Positions 1 through 10,438 of a stretch of DNA of 64,000 nt are shown here, piece after piece (position 1 is the first letter of the stretch; every line of letters begins with the position of its first letter). The stretch is from an uncultured Holophagales bacterium (lineage in GTDB: Bacteria; Acidobacteriota; Thermoanaerobaculia; Multivoradales; UBA5704): NCBI GenBank assembly GCA_963842525.1, contig CAWJGT010000019.1, forward strand, positions 470,191 through 534,190, in the 5' to 3' direction. The notes under the pieces were generated by a model, which worked only from the letters and a program-made list of their open reading frames with translations, searched no databases and was not told the origin of the DNA. The translations under genes and the position numbers were made by a program.

Positions 1-1
1 G

Positions 2-391
2 CCGGCGCGCGGGCGCGAGGGGGTGGCGATCGCCTACGTCGAGCCGCGGTCGGACCTGGAGCGGCAGGTCACCGCGATCTGGGAGGAGCTGTTCGGCATC
101 CGGCCGATCGGGATCGACGACAACTTCCTGGAGCTGGGCGGCCATTCGCTGCTGGCGATCCAGATGGCCACCCAACTGCGCAAGGCTTTCGCGGTCGAGC
201 TGCCGGTGACGGTGCTGTTCGAGGCCCCCACCGTGGGGGAGCTGGCCGCGGCCATCGCCCGCGGCAAGGAGAGAGGGGAGGACCCCGACGAGATCGAGCG
301 CCTGCTCGCCCTGGTCGAGGACCTCTCGCCCGAGGAGGCGCTGCAACGGATGCAGGAGCTCGGCCTGGCGCCGGAGGAGGTCCTTTCGTGA
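2..391 (+). CDS. C-terminal carrier (ACP/PCP) domain of an upstream PKS/NRPS, 5' truncated by the window edge
   Basis: [14 protein letters not shown] phosphopantetheine motif followed by an acidic helical tail (EIERLLALVEDLSPEEALQRM). The frame is open upstream of GTG 23. Confidence 0.9.
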   Translation, partial: PARGREGVAIAYVEPRSDLERQVTAIWEELFGIRPIGIDDNFLELGGHSLLAIQMATQLRKAFAVELPVTVLFEAPTVGELAAAIARGKERGEDPDEIERLLALVEDLSPEEALQRMQELGLAPEEVLS

Positions 392-3300
392 GCGTGACCG
401 ACCGTATCTCGGCGCTGACGCCGGAGCAGCGCGCCCTGTTCGAGCGGCTGCGCCAGCAGCAGAAGCCGAAGGCCCCGGCCGTGCCGCCGCCGCCCCCGAT
501 CGTCCGGCGCGGCCCGAGTCGCCCGAGTCGCCCGGATACCACCTGGCCGCTGTCGTTCGACCAGGAGCGGCTGTGGTTCCTCTACATGCTGAATCCGCAG
601 GATACGGCCTACAACATCGACACGGCCAACCGCATCCGCGGCGCGCTCGACTTCGCGGCCCTTAACGGCGCGTTCCAGGAGATCGCGCGGCGGCACGAGA
701 TCTGGCGCACCGCGTTCCCGGCGGTGGACGGGCGGCCGGTCCAGGTGGTCCTGCCGGAGATCCGCCTGCCCAGCCGGATGGTCGACCTGCGGGCGCTCCC
801 GGAGGATCGGCGGCTGCCGGCCGCCTTCGAGCTGATGGTGCAGGAGACGCGGATCCCGTTCCGGCTGGAAACCGGTCCGCTGGTCAAGGCCCTGCTGCTG
901 CGCCTGGAGGACGAGGACTGCATCTGCCAGCTCACGGTCCACCACATCGTGACCGACTGGGTGACGTTCCAACTCTTCTGGAAGGAGCTGGGGATCCTCT
1001 ACGAGTCCTACCTCGCCGGCCGGCCGTCGCCGCTGCCCGCGCCGGCCGTGCAGTTTGCCGACTACACGGTCTGGCAGCGCGCGTGGATGCGGGACGAGGT
1101 CGAGAAGCACTATTTGCGGTATTGGGTCGACCGCCTGCGCGACGCCCCGTTGTCGCTCGACCTGCCGACCGACCGGCCGCGCCCGCCGGTCCAGACCAGC
1201 CACGGCGACCGGGCCGCGGTCCGCGTCGAGCGTGCGGCGGAGCTGAAGAGCCTGGCGCGGCGGGAGGGGATGACCCCCTTCATGTCCGTGCTGGCCGTCT
1301 ACCAGGTCCTGCTGGCGCGCCAGAGCGGGCAGGACAAGGTCATCGTCGGCTCGCCGAACGCCAACCGCAACCGGCTCGAGATCGAGGAGACCTTCGGCTT
1401 CTTCCTGACCCAGCTCCCCTTCTGCGTCGACCTGTCGGGCGATCCGACCCTGCGCGAGGCGCTGCGGCGGGTGCGCGAGACCGCCCTCGGCGCCTACACC
1501 CACCAGGACCTGCCGTTCGGCAAGCTGGTCGAGGCGCTGCAGCCGGAGCGCGACCTGTCGCGGGCGCCGATCATCCAGGTCGTCCTGCTGCTGCTCGACG
1601 GCGCCGTCCTGTCCCCCCGGCTCGCCGGTCTCGAGCTGGCGCCGGTCGACATCCACGACGACAACGCCCGCTTCGACGTGATGTTCGCCATGTGGGACCA
1701 CCCCGACCTGATCCATGGGTGGTACGAGTACAACAGAGACCTCTGGGACCACACGACGGTGGAGCGCCTGGTGGAGGGCTTCGGCCTGGTGATCGAGGAG
1801 CTGCTCGCCGATCCGGAGCGCCGGGTCTCGGAGCTGTCGCTGCTCTCCCCGGCGGCGCGCCAGCAGGCGCTGCTCGAATGGAACGACACGACGGAGGGTG
1901 TCGGCGCCCCGGTTCCATGGCTGGTGGCGGCGCGCGCCGCGGAGCGCCCGGACGCGCCGGCTGTCATCGGGGAGGAGACTGAGCTGACCTACGCGGAGCT
2001 GGAGCAGCGGGCCGGCCGCATCGCTCTTCAGCTCCGCCAGATGGGCGTGCGCCGCGGCGACCGGGTCGGCGTCTGCCTCCAGCGTAAGCCGGACCTGCCG
2101 GCCGCCCTGCTCGGCGTCTGGCGGGCGGGCGCCGCCTATCTTCCTCTGGACCCCGGACACCCGGCGGACCGCCTGCGCCTCGTCCTCGCCGACGCCGGGG
2201 CCGTGGCCCTGGTGGCCGACGAGCACGCGCTGGCCGCTCTCGCCGAGGCGGGTGCGCCTCTCGACCTCCCGGTGCTGCGCCTGCCGCTCGGTGCCGATCG
2301 GTGCGATCCGACCGATCATCGGACCGATCGGACCGATCCGACCGACCTTGCGTACGTGATCTATACCTCGGGCTCGACCGGCCGTCCCAAGGGGGTGGAG
2401 GTGACCCACGGCGCCCTGGCGAATTTCTTCCAGGCCATGGCCTCCCTCCACGGCATCGGACCCGGGGACGCCTGGCTGGCGGTGACGACGATCGCCTTCG
2501 ACATCGCGGCCCTGGAAGTGTTCCTGCCGCTGATCTCCGGCGGGCGCGTGCTCCTGGCGAGCCGCGAGACGGCCGGCGACGCCCGGCTCCTCGCCGCCGC
2601 GCTGGACGAGCGCGGCGCCACGGCGCTCCAGGCCACGCCGGCGACCTGGCAGCAGCTCGTGGACACCGGCTGGAAGGGCCGCCCGGGGCTGCTGCGCATC
2701 TGCGGCGGCGAGGCCCTGGGCCGCGACCTTGCCGACCGCCTGTCGGAGATGGACGGAGAGGCGCTCTGGAATCACTACGGGCCGACCGAGACGACGATCT
2801 GGTCGGCCGTCCAGCGGGTGGGAGATGGATGGCGGCGGGGTGCGACCGAGCCGGTCGGCCGTCCGATCGCCAACACCCGGGTCTACGTGCTGGGCGCGGG
2901 GCTCCATCCGGTCCCGCTGGGCGCGGTGGGCGAGGTCTTCCTGGGCGGCGCCGGGGTGGCGCGCGGCTACCTCGGGCAGCCGGCGCTGACCGCCGAGCGC
3001 TTCCTCCCCGATCCGCTCTCCGGCGCGCCGGGAGACCGTTTTTACCGCACGGGCGACCTCGGGCGCTGGCTCGCCGACGGCCGGCTGGAGTTCCTGGGCC
3101 GCACCGACCATCAGGTCAAGCTGCGCGGCTTCCGCATCGAGCTGGGAGAGATCGAGGCCGCCCTGCGCCGCCACCCCGCGGTGGCGTCGGCGGCGGTGGT
3201 GTTGCAGCAGCACGCAGGAGACCTCCGCCTGACCGCCTGCGTGGTGGCGGCCGACCCTGCTGCGCCGCCGGACCCCGCGGATCTGCGTGCCTCGTTGCGC

Positions 3301-6300
3301 GCGGACCTGCCGGACTACATGATCCCCACGGCCTGGGCGCTGCTCCCCGGGCTGCCTCTTTCTCCCAGCGGCAAGGTGGACCGCCGGGCGCTGGCCCGCG
3401 TCGAGCCGGAGGTCCAGGCAGGGAGCGGCGCGGCGCCGCGCGGCGCGGTCGAAGAGCTCCTGGCGCAGATCTGGACGCGGGTGCTCGGCGTCGAGCGCGT
3501 GGGTGCGGCGGACGACTTCTTCGCCCTGGGCGGGCAGTCGCTGCTGGCGACCCGGCTGACCTTCTTCGTGCGCGACAACTTCGGGGTCGACCTGCCGGTC
3601 CGCGCGGTCTTCCAGGCCACGACCGTGGCCGCGCAGGCGGAGTTGATCTCCTCCGCGCTGGCCGGCGGCTCGATCCAAAGCCAGGGAGCCGGCCCGATCC
3701 GGCTCTTGCCGAGATCACAGCGCCCGGCCGGCGAGCCTCTCCGGGCCGCAGCTCTCCTTCGCCCAGGAGCGCCTCTGGTTCCTCGACCGCCTGCTGCCGG
3801 CGAGCCCGGCCTACAACCTGGCCGCTGCGCTGCGGCTCGACGGCCCGCTCGACACCGCCGTGCTGGCTACGGCCTTCGACCTCCTCGTCGAGCGGCATGA
3901 GACGCTGCGCACCCGCTTCCTCGAATCCCCTGAAGGCGATGGCCGGCCGGTGCAGGAGGTGGCGCCGGCCGCTCCCTTCGACCTGCCGGTGATCGACCTC
4001 TCGAGCTTCCCCGGATGCGGAGAAGGAGGCGCGCCATCTGGCGGCGGCCGATGCGATGCAGCCGTTCAACCTCGCAAGCGGGACTCTGCTGCGGGCGACC
4101 CTGCTGTGCCTGGGCCCGGAGCGGCACGTCCTGCTGCTCGCCATCCACCATATCGTCGCGGACGCCTGGTCGCTGGGCGTGCTGGTCGACGACCTGACCG
4201 CCCTCTACGCCGGCCGGCATCTGGAAAAATTGCCGGTGCAGTACGCCGACTATGCCGCCTGGCAGCGCGGCTGGCTCACGGGGGCCGAGCTGGACCGCCA
4301 GCTCGCTTTCTGGCGCGCTCATCTGGCGGACGCGCCGCGCGCCCTGGAGCTGCCTCTGGACCGGCCGCGGCCGGCGGTACAGAGCTATCGCGGCGGCGCC
4401 GTCCCGTTCGCCCTGCCGGCCGAGGCATCCGCCGCGCTCGCCGGCCTCGCGCGCAACGAGGGCGCGACCCTCTACATGGCCCTGCTCGCCGCCTGGGGGG
4501 CTCTGCTGTCGCGCCTCTCGGGGCAGCGGGACCTGGTCCTGGGCACGGCCGTGGCGAACCGCGACCGGCCGGAGCTGGAGCGGCTGATCGGGTTCTTCGT
4601 CAACACCCTGGCGCTGCGCCTCGACCTTGCAGGGGACCTGGGCTTCGCCGGGCTGCTGGCGCGGGTGCGCCGCGTGGTGCTCGACGCCTTCGCGCACCGC
4701 GACCTGCCGTTCGAGAAGCTGGTCGAGGAGCTGCACCCGGCCCGCGACCGCAGCCGCCAGCCGGTCTTCCAGGCGATGCTGACCTTTCAGAACGTGCCGC
4801 GCGGTGGGATGGACCTCCCCGGGCTCGCGCTACGCCCGCTGGAGGTCGACAGCGAGACGGCGAAGTTCGACCTCACGATGACCCTGGTCGAGGAGGAGGG
4901 CCGGATCCTCGGCCGGCTGGAGTACGCGAGCGACCTGTTCGAGCGCGCCACGGCCGAGCGGATGGCCGGCTATCTCGCCACCCTCCTCGCCGGGATTGTT
5001 GGCTCGGCGCAGGGGAGCGTGGCCGAGCTGCCGCTGCTCTCCGCGGAGGAGCGCCGGCAGGTGCTGGAGACCGGGAGCCGGACGGCGGCGGGCTTCCCGC
5101 GCGAGGCGTCGATCCACGACCTCTTCGCCCAGCAGGCCGCGCGCCATCCGCAGGACGTGGCGGTCGTCTGCGGCGACGAGCGGCTGACCTACGGCGAGCT
5201 CGACTTCCGCGCGACCCGTCTGGCCCGCCGCCTGCGCGCCCTTGGCATCGGCCTCGAAGACCGCGTGGGCCTCTGCGCCGAACGGTCCGTCGACCTGATC
5301 GCGGCCCTCCTCGGCATCCTGCGGGCCGGCGCCGCCTACCTGCCCCTCGATCCCTCGCACCCGCCCGAGCGCCTGGCCTGGATGCTGGAAGACGGTGGGG
5401 CGCGGGTCCTGCTGGCCGACCGCCGCATCGCAGACCTTGCTGCGAACGCCGGTCCTGTGTTCGGGGTCCAGGTGCTGTTCCTCGACGAGCTCGACGTGGT
5501 CGACGAGCCGTCGTCCACGCTCCCCGACGTCTCCGGGGTCCCCGCCGAGGCCCTCGCCTATGTCATGTACACATCCGGCTCGACCGGCACCCCTAAGGGT
5601 GTGGCTGTCACTCATCGCAATGTCGTGCGCCTGGTGCGCGGGTCCGAGTACGCGGCGATGGGCCCGGAGGAGGTCTGGCTGCAGAACGCGCCGGTGTCGT
5701 TCGACGCCGCGACCCTGGAGGTCTGGGCGCCGCTCCTGAACGGCGGCCGGCTGGTCCTGATGCCGGGCGCACGGACATCGCTCGACGACCTGGCAACGGC
5801 GGTCGGCGAGCACGGCGTGACGTCGCTGTGGCTGACCGCGGGCCTCTTCCACCAGATGGTGGACCACCGGCTGGAGGGGCTGCGCCCGCTGCGCCAGCTC
5901 CTCGCCGGAGGCGACGTGATCGCGCCGGCCCACGCCCGCCGGCTGCTGGAGGCCCTGCCGGACGTGACCCTGGTCAACGGCTACGGGCCGACGGAGGGGA
6001 CGACCTTCACCTGCTGCCATCGGATGACCGGCCCGGAGCAGGTGGGAGCTTCCGTACCCATCGGCCGGCCGATCGCCAACGCACAGGTGTACGTAGTGGA
6101 CGAGGGGCTGCGGCCGGTGCCGCCCGGCGTGGTGGGGGAGCTGGTCGCGGGCGGCGAGGGCCTGGCGCGCGGCTATCTGGGACGGCCGGAGCTGACGGCG
6201 GAGCGGTTCGTGCCCGACCCGTTCGCCGGCGGTGGTTCGGAGGGGGAGGGTGAGCCCGGAGGCCGGCTCTACCGCACGGGCGACCGGGTGCGCTGGCTGC

Positions 6301-6971
6301 CGGACGGCACCCTGGAGTTCCTGGGGCGGGACGACGGACAGCTCAAGATCCGCGGTTTCCGGATCGAGGTCGGGGAGATCGAGGCGGCCCTCGCCCGGCA
6401 TCCGGCGGTGCGGCAGGCGGCGGTGCTGGCGCTGGACGACGACCGCCGGGGCGGTCGGGACGGGCGCGAGCTGGCGGCGTACGTCGCGGTGTCCGAGCCG
6501 GTGGCCGTGGCGGCGCTGCAGCGCTTCCTGCGCGAGCGGCTGCCCGACCCCATGGTGCCGTCCTCCTGGTTCCTGATCGACGAGCTGCCGCTCACCCCGA
6601 ACGGCAAGGTGGACCGCCGCGTCCTCGCCGCGGCCGGGGGGGAGGCCGCCCGCTCCGGAGTGGAATACGTGGCCCCGCGTAACCCGTTGGAAGAGCACCT
6701 GGTCGAGGTCTGCGCCGAGGTGCTGGGTCTCGACCGGACGCGGGTGGGGGTGCTCGACAACTTTTTCGATCTGGGCGGCCATTCTCTGCTGGCCACCCAG
6801 CTCGCGGCGCAGCTCCGCAAGAAGTGGGGGATCGAGGTCCCGTTGCAGCTCTTGTTCGATACCGCCAACCTGGCCGAGCTCGCGGAGCGGATCACCGAAC
6901 GCGAGCTCGCGGAGGTCGACGCCGAGCTGCTGGAGGAGATGCTCGCCGAGCTCGGCAAGACGACCGGTTGA
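388..6971 (+). CDS. Bimodular NRPS C-A(Gly-like)-T-C-A(Val-like)-T, split by two apparent +1 frameshifts (~3745 and ~4010)
   Basis: ORF 388..3900 encodes C-A-T. LSFAQERLWFLDR resumes in another frame at 3752, and an extra C in ttccccggat (~4010) joins it to ORF 4056..6971. Hand-extracted codes: DILQIGHIWK (cf. Gly DILQLGLIWK) and DALWLGGTFK (Val). Confidence 0.85.
2294..2346. repeat. In-frame short tandem (ccgatcgga/ccgatccga) repeat in the pre-A3 loop
   Basis: ccgatcggtgcgatccgaccgatcatcggaccgatcggaccgatccgaccga encodes DRCDPTDHRTDRTDPTD directly before LAYVIYTSG. Confidence 0.75.
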
Positions 6972-6985
6972 GGCGGCAGGCGGCG

Positions 6986-9900
6986 GTGGATTCTGTGATA
7001 AGCCATCTGGATCTCAACGACCGCCTGTCGCGGCTGTCCCTGGAGGAGAAGGCGCTCCTCTTCGAACGGCTGCGCCTCAGGAAGGACGAGGAGCGACGGC
7101 ATGCCCCGGAGGCGGCTCTGGAGGCGACCATCCCGCGGCGCTTCCTCTCGGCCGGTACCGCCCCCTCGCCGCCGCTCTCCTTTGCCCAGCAGCGGCTCTG
7201 GTTCCTCGACCGGCTGGCGCCGGACGATCCGAGCTACAACGTCCCGCTTGCCGCCCGGATCGAAGGGCCGCTCGACATCGGCGCTCTGCGCCGGTCTCTC
7301 GACGCGATCGTCGCCCGCCACGAATCGCTGCGCACCACCTTCGGCGTGGTCGACGGCAGTCCGGTCCAGGTCATCGCTCCCACGCTGTCGTTCCGGCTCC
7401 CTGTCATCGATCTCGAAGGGCTCGCGGCCGCCGAGACTCACCGCCTCGGTGACGAGCTCATCGCCCGCCCCTTCGACCTCGCCGCCGGCCCGCTGCTGCG
7501 GGGCGCGCTGATACGGTTGGGACGCGAGCGGCACGTGCTGGTCCTGATCCTCCATCACATCGTCAGCGACGGCTGGTCCCTGGGGATCCTGGTCCGTGAG
7601 CTGACGACTCTCTATCAGGAGGCCCTCCGCGGGTCCGGGGGGGACCTCGCGGCGGCTCTCCCCGAGCTGCCGATCCAGTACGCCGATTTCGCCGTCTGGC
7701 AGCGCCAGTGGCTGAGCGGCGAGCGTCTGGAGGCCCAGCTCGCCGTCTGGAAACGACGGCTGGAAGGCATGCCGCAGGTTCTGCCCCTTCCGACCGACCA
7801 CCCCCGGCCGCCGGTGAAGACCTCGTCCGGCGCGACCCGCTGGCTGTCTTCCACCCCGGGTCTCGGCACGCGCCTGCAGGCCGCCGCACGCGAGGAGGGG
7901 GTCACCCCCTTCATGCTCCTGCTCGCGGTCTGGCAGACCCTGCTCCACCGTTACACCGGACAGGAGGACCTCCCGGTCGGCTCCGCGGTGGCCAACCGCA
8001 ACCGGATCGAGCTGCAGGGCCTGATCGGCCTTTTCGTCAACACCCTCGTGCTGCGCGGCGATCTCTCCGGCGATCCGCCGTTCCGCGCGCTGTTGGGCCG
8101 CCTGCGCGCGGTGGCCCTGGAGGCGTTCGCGCACCAGGACCTGCCCTTCGAGAAGCTGGTGGAGGAGCTGCGGCCCGAGCGCGATCCGAGCCGCTCTCCG
8201 ATCTTCCAGGTCTCGCTCTGCTTGCAGAACACGCCGCCGTCGGGCGCCGACTTCGGGCCGGACGTCCGGCTCGAGGTCGTGGACTACGACCCGGGCCTGG
8301 TGAAGTTCGATCTGGAGGCGTCGTTCGAGCCCGGTTTGCAGGGCGAGCTGCACGGCGCGCTCACCTACGCCCGGGACCTGTTCGACACCGTAACTGCGGA
8401 CCGCATGGCGCGCCACCTGGAGACGCTCCTTGCCGCGGCGCTGGAGGACCGCTCCCGCCGGCTCTCCGAGATGCCGCTCCTCACCACCGAGGAACGGCGG
8501 CAGCTCACGGCGTGGAACCGGACCGGGGCCCGCTGGCCGCACCGCGCCGGGCCGGCGGAGCGGGTCGGGGAGCACGCGGCGGCCCGGCCCGAGGCTGCCG
8601 CGGTGGTGGCGGCCGGGCGTGTCCTCACCTACGGCGAGCTCGACCGCAAGGCGAACCGGCTGGCGCACCTGCTGCGGCGCCTCGGGGCAGGTCCGGAGGT
8701 CGCGGTGGGCGTCCTGCTGCCGCGCTCGCCCGAGCTGGTCGTGGCGGCCCTGGCGGTGGCGCGGGCCGGCGCCGTCTACCTGCCGATCGATCTCGCCTAC
8801 CCGGAGGAGAGGATCGCCGGCACCCTCGAGGATGCCCGGGCTCCGGTGGTGCTGACCCTGGAGGAGCTGGCGGAGCGGCACCCGGCGCTCGGTTCCGGCC
8901 GGACGGTGCTGTGCCTGGGTGATTGGATCGAGGAGGAAATGTCGACGGAGTCACCGCAGCCGCTGGGGCATGCGGAGAACCTGGCCTATGTCATCTACAC
9001 CTCGGGCTCGACCGGCCGCCCCAAGGGAGTGGGGGTGCCGCGGTCCGCGCTGGCAAACCTGATCGCCTGGCACCACCGCGATCTGCCGGTCCATCCCGGG
9101 GAGCGCTCCACCCTCGCCGCCGGTCCGGCCTTCGACGGGGCGATCTGGGAGCTCTGGGCCTTCCTGGCCGCGGGAGCCGAGATCCACGTGCCGGAGGAGG
9201 AAGTCCGCCTTTCACCGCCGCGGCTGGCCGAGTGGCTCGCCCGCCAGCGGATCGCGCACTCGTTCCTGCCGACGCCGCTCGGCGAGGCCTTTCTCGCCGA
9301 GCCCGCGGCGGCCGCGGTCCCGCTACGGCTTCTCTACACGGGCGGCGACCGGCTGCACCGGATCGCGCGTCGCGACCTCGGCTTCTCGGTCGTCAACCTG
9401 TACGGCCCCAGCGAGACCGCGGTGGTGGCCACCTTCGAGGCAGCTTCCGAGCGGGAGCGGCCGGACCGCGACCCCTCCATCGGAATTCCCATCGCCAACG
9501 CGCGGGCCTACGTGCTCGACTCCCGGCTCCAGCCGCTGCCCGTGGGGGTGCCTGGAGAGCTTTGGGTGGGCGGCGAGACCCTGGCGCGCGGGTACCTCCA
9601 CCGGCCGGACCTCACCGCGGCCGGCTATCGGCCCGACCCGTTCTCCGGTAGAGCGGGGGCGCGCATGTACCGCACCGGCGACCTGGCCCGCCGGCGGCCG
9701 GACGGCAAGCTGGAGGTCCTGGGCCGGATCGACACCCAGGTCAAGGTGCGCGGGCTGCGCATCGAGTTGGGAGAGATCGAGGCCGTGCTGTACGGCCATC
9801 CGGCGGTGAGCCGGGCGGTGGTCATGGTGCGGCAGGCGCCGGGGGGGCCGCGCCTCGTCGCCTATATGATCGCCGCCGCGGTGGTTACCCCCTCACCCTT

Positions 9901-10438
9901 ATCCTCCCCCTCCCCCTCGCCCTCGCCCTCAGACATCGAGCTGCGGGCCTGGCTGCGGCGGCGGCTCCCCGAGCCCATGGTCCCCGCCGCGTTCGTCCGC
10001 CTCGCCGGGCTGCCGTTGACCCCGGCGGGCAAGGTGGACCGGTACGCCCTGGCCCGCCTCGCGCCGCCGCCCGCCCCGGAGCGGGAGCTGGCCGAGCCGC
10101 GCAGCGAGACCGAGCGGCGGCTCGCCGCGGTCTGGGCCGAGGTGCTCGGCTGCGACCGGGTCGGGGTGGGCGAGAGCTTCTTCGACCTCGGCGGGCATTC
10201 GCTGCTGCTGACCCGGCTGCAGGCGCGGCTCGCCGAGCAGCTCGGGCGCGAGGTGCCCCTACTCAAGCTCGTCGAGCACCCGACGGTCCGCGCTCTCGCC
10301 GCCTGGCTGGAGCGGGATGCTCCGGCAGCGGCGGACGGGGCGCCGGAGCCCGGCGAGGCGAGCCGCGACCGCGCCCGCCGGCAGCGTGAGGCCTTGGCGG
10401 CGCAGCGCCAGCGCCTCGCCCAGAGGGGAGCGCGATGA
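6986..10438 (+). CDS. Monomodular NRPS C-A-T (hydrophobic/Leu-like substrate)
   Basis: [27 protein letters not shown] motifs. Start placed at GTG 6986 (or 6995) after the previous stop. Code approximately DGWFYGLVVK. Confidence 0.9.
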   Translation: MDSVISHLDLNDRLSRLSLEEKALLFERLRLRKDEERRHAPEAALEATIPRRFLSAGTAPSPPLSFAQQRLWFLDRLAPDDPSYNVPLAARIEGPLDIGALRRSLDAIVARHESLRTTFGVVDGSPVQVIAPTLSFRLPVIDLEGLAAAETHRLGDELIARPFDLAAGPLLRGALIRLGRERHVLVLILHHIVSDGWSLGILVRELTTLYQEALRGSGGDLAAALPELPIQYADFAVWQRQWLSGERLEAQLAVWKRRLEGMPQVLPLPTDHPRPPVKTSSGATRWLSSTPGLGTRLQAAAREEGVTPFMLLLAVWQTLLHRYTGQEDLPVGSAVANRNRIELQGLIGLFVNTLVLRGDLSGDPPFRALLGRLRAVALEAFAHQDLPFEKLVEELRPERDPSRSPIFQVSLCLQNTPPSGADFGPDVRLEVVDYDPGLVKFDLEASFEPGLQGELHGALTYARDLFDTVTADRMARHLETLLAAALEDRSRRLSEMPLLTTEERRQLTAWNRTGARWPHRAGPAERVGEHAAARPEAAAVVAAGRVLTYGELDRKANRLAHLLRRLGAGPEVAVGVLLPRSPELVVAALAVARAGAVYLPIDLAYPEERIAGTLEDARAPVVLTLEELAERHPALGSGRTVLCLGDWIEEEMSTESPQPLGHAENLAYVIYTSGSTGRPKGVGVPRSALANLIAWHHRDLPVHPGERSTLAAGPAFDGAIWELWAFLAAGAEIHVPEEEVRLSPPRLAEWLARQRIAHSFLPTPLGEAFLAEPAAAAVPLRLLYTGGDRLHRIARRDLGFSVVNLYGPSETAVVATFEAASERERPDRDPSIGIPIANARAYVLDSRLQPLPVGVPGELWVGGETLARGYLHRPDLTAAGYRPDPFSGRAGARMYRTGDLARRRPDGKLEVLGRIDTQVKVRGLRIELGEIEAVLYGHPAVSRAVVMVRQAPGGPRLVAYMIAAAVVTPSPLSSPSPSPSPSDIELRAWLRRRLPEPMVPAAFVRLAGLPLTPAGKVDRYALARLAPPPAPERELAEPRSETERRLAAVWAEVLGCDRVGVGESFFDLGGHSLLLTRLQARLAEQLGREVPLLKLVEHPTVRALAAWLERDAPAAADGAPEPGEASRDRARRQREALAAQRQRLAQRGAR

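Noticed and set aside
3740-4015. Programmed frameshifting or true pseudogenisation of NRPS genes (also ~57808, ~62660, ~63820)
   Set aside because: Single-base indels, several in or near short homopolymers, are scattered across unrelated genes while domains stay intact. Sequencing error is the simpler explanation, pending a read check.
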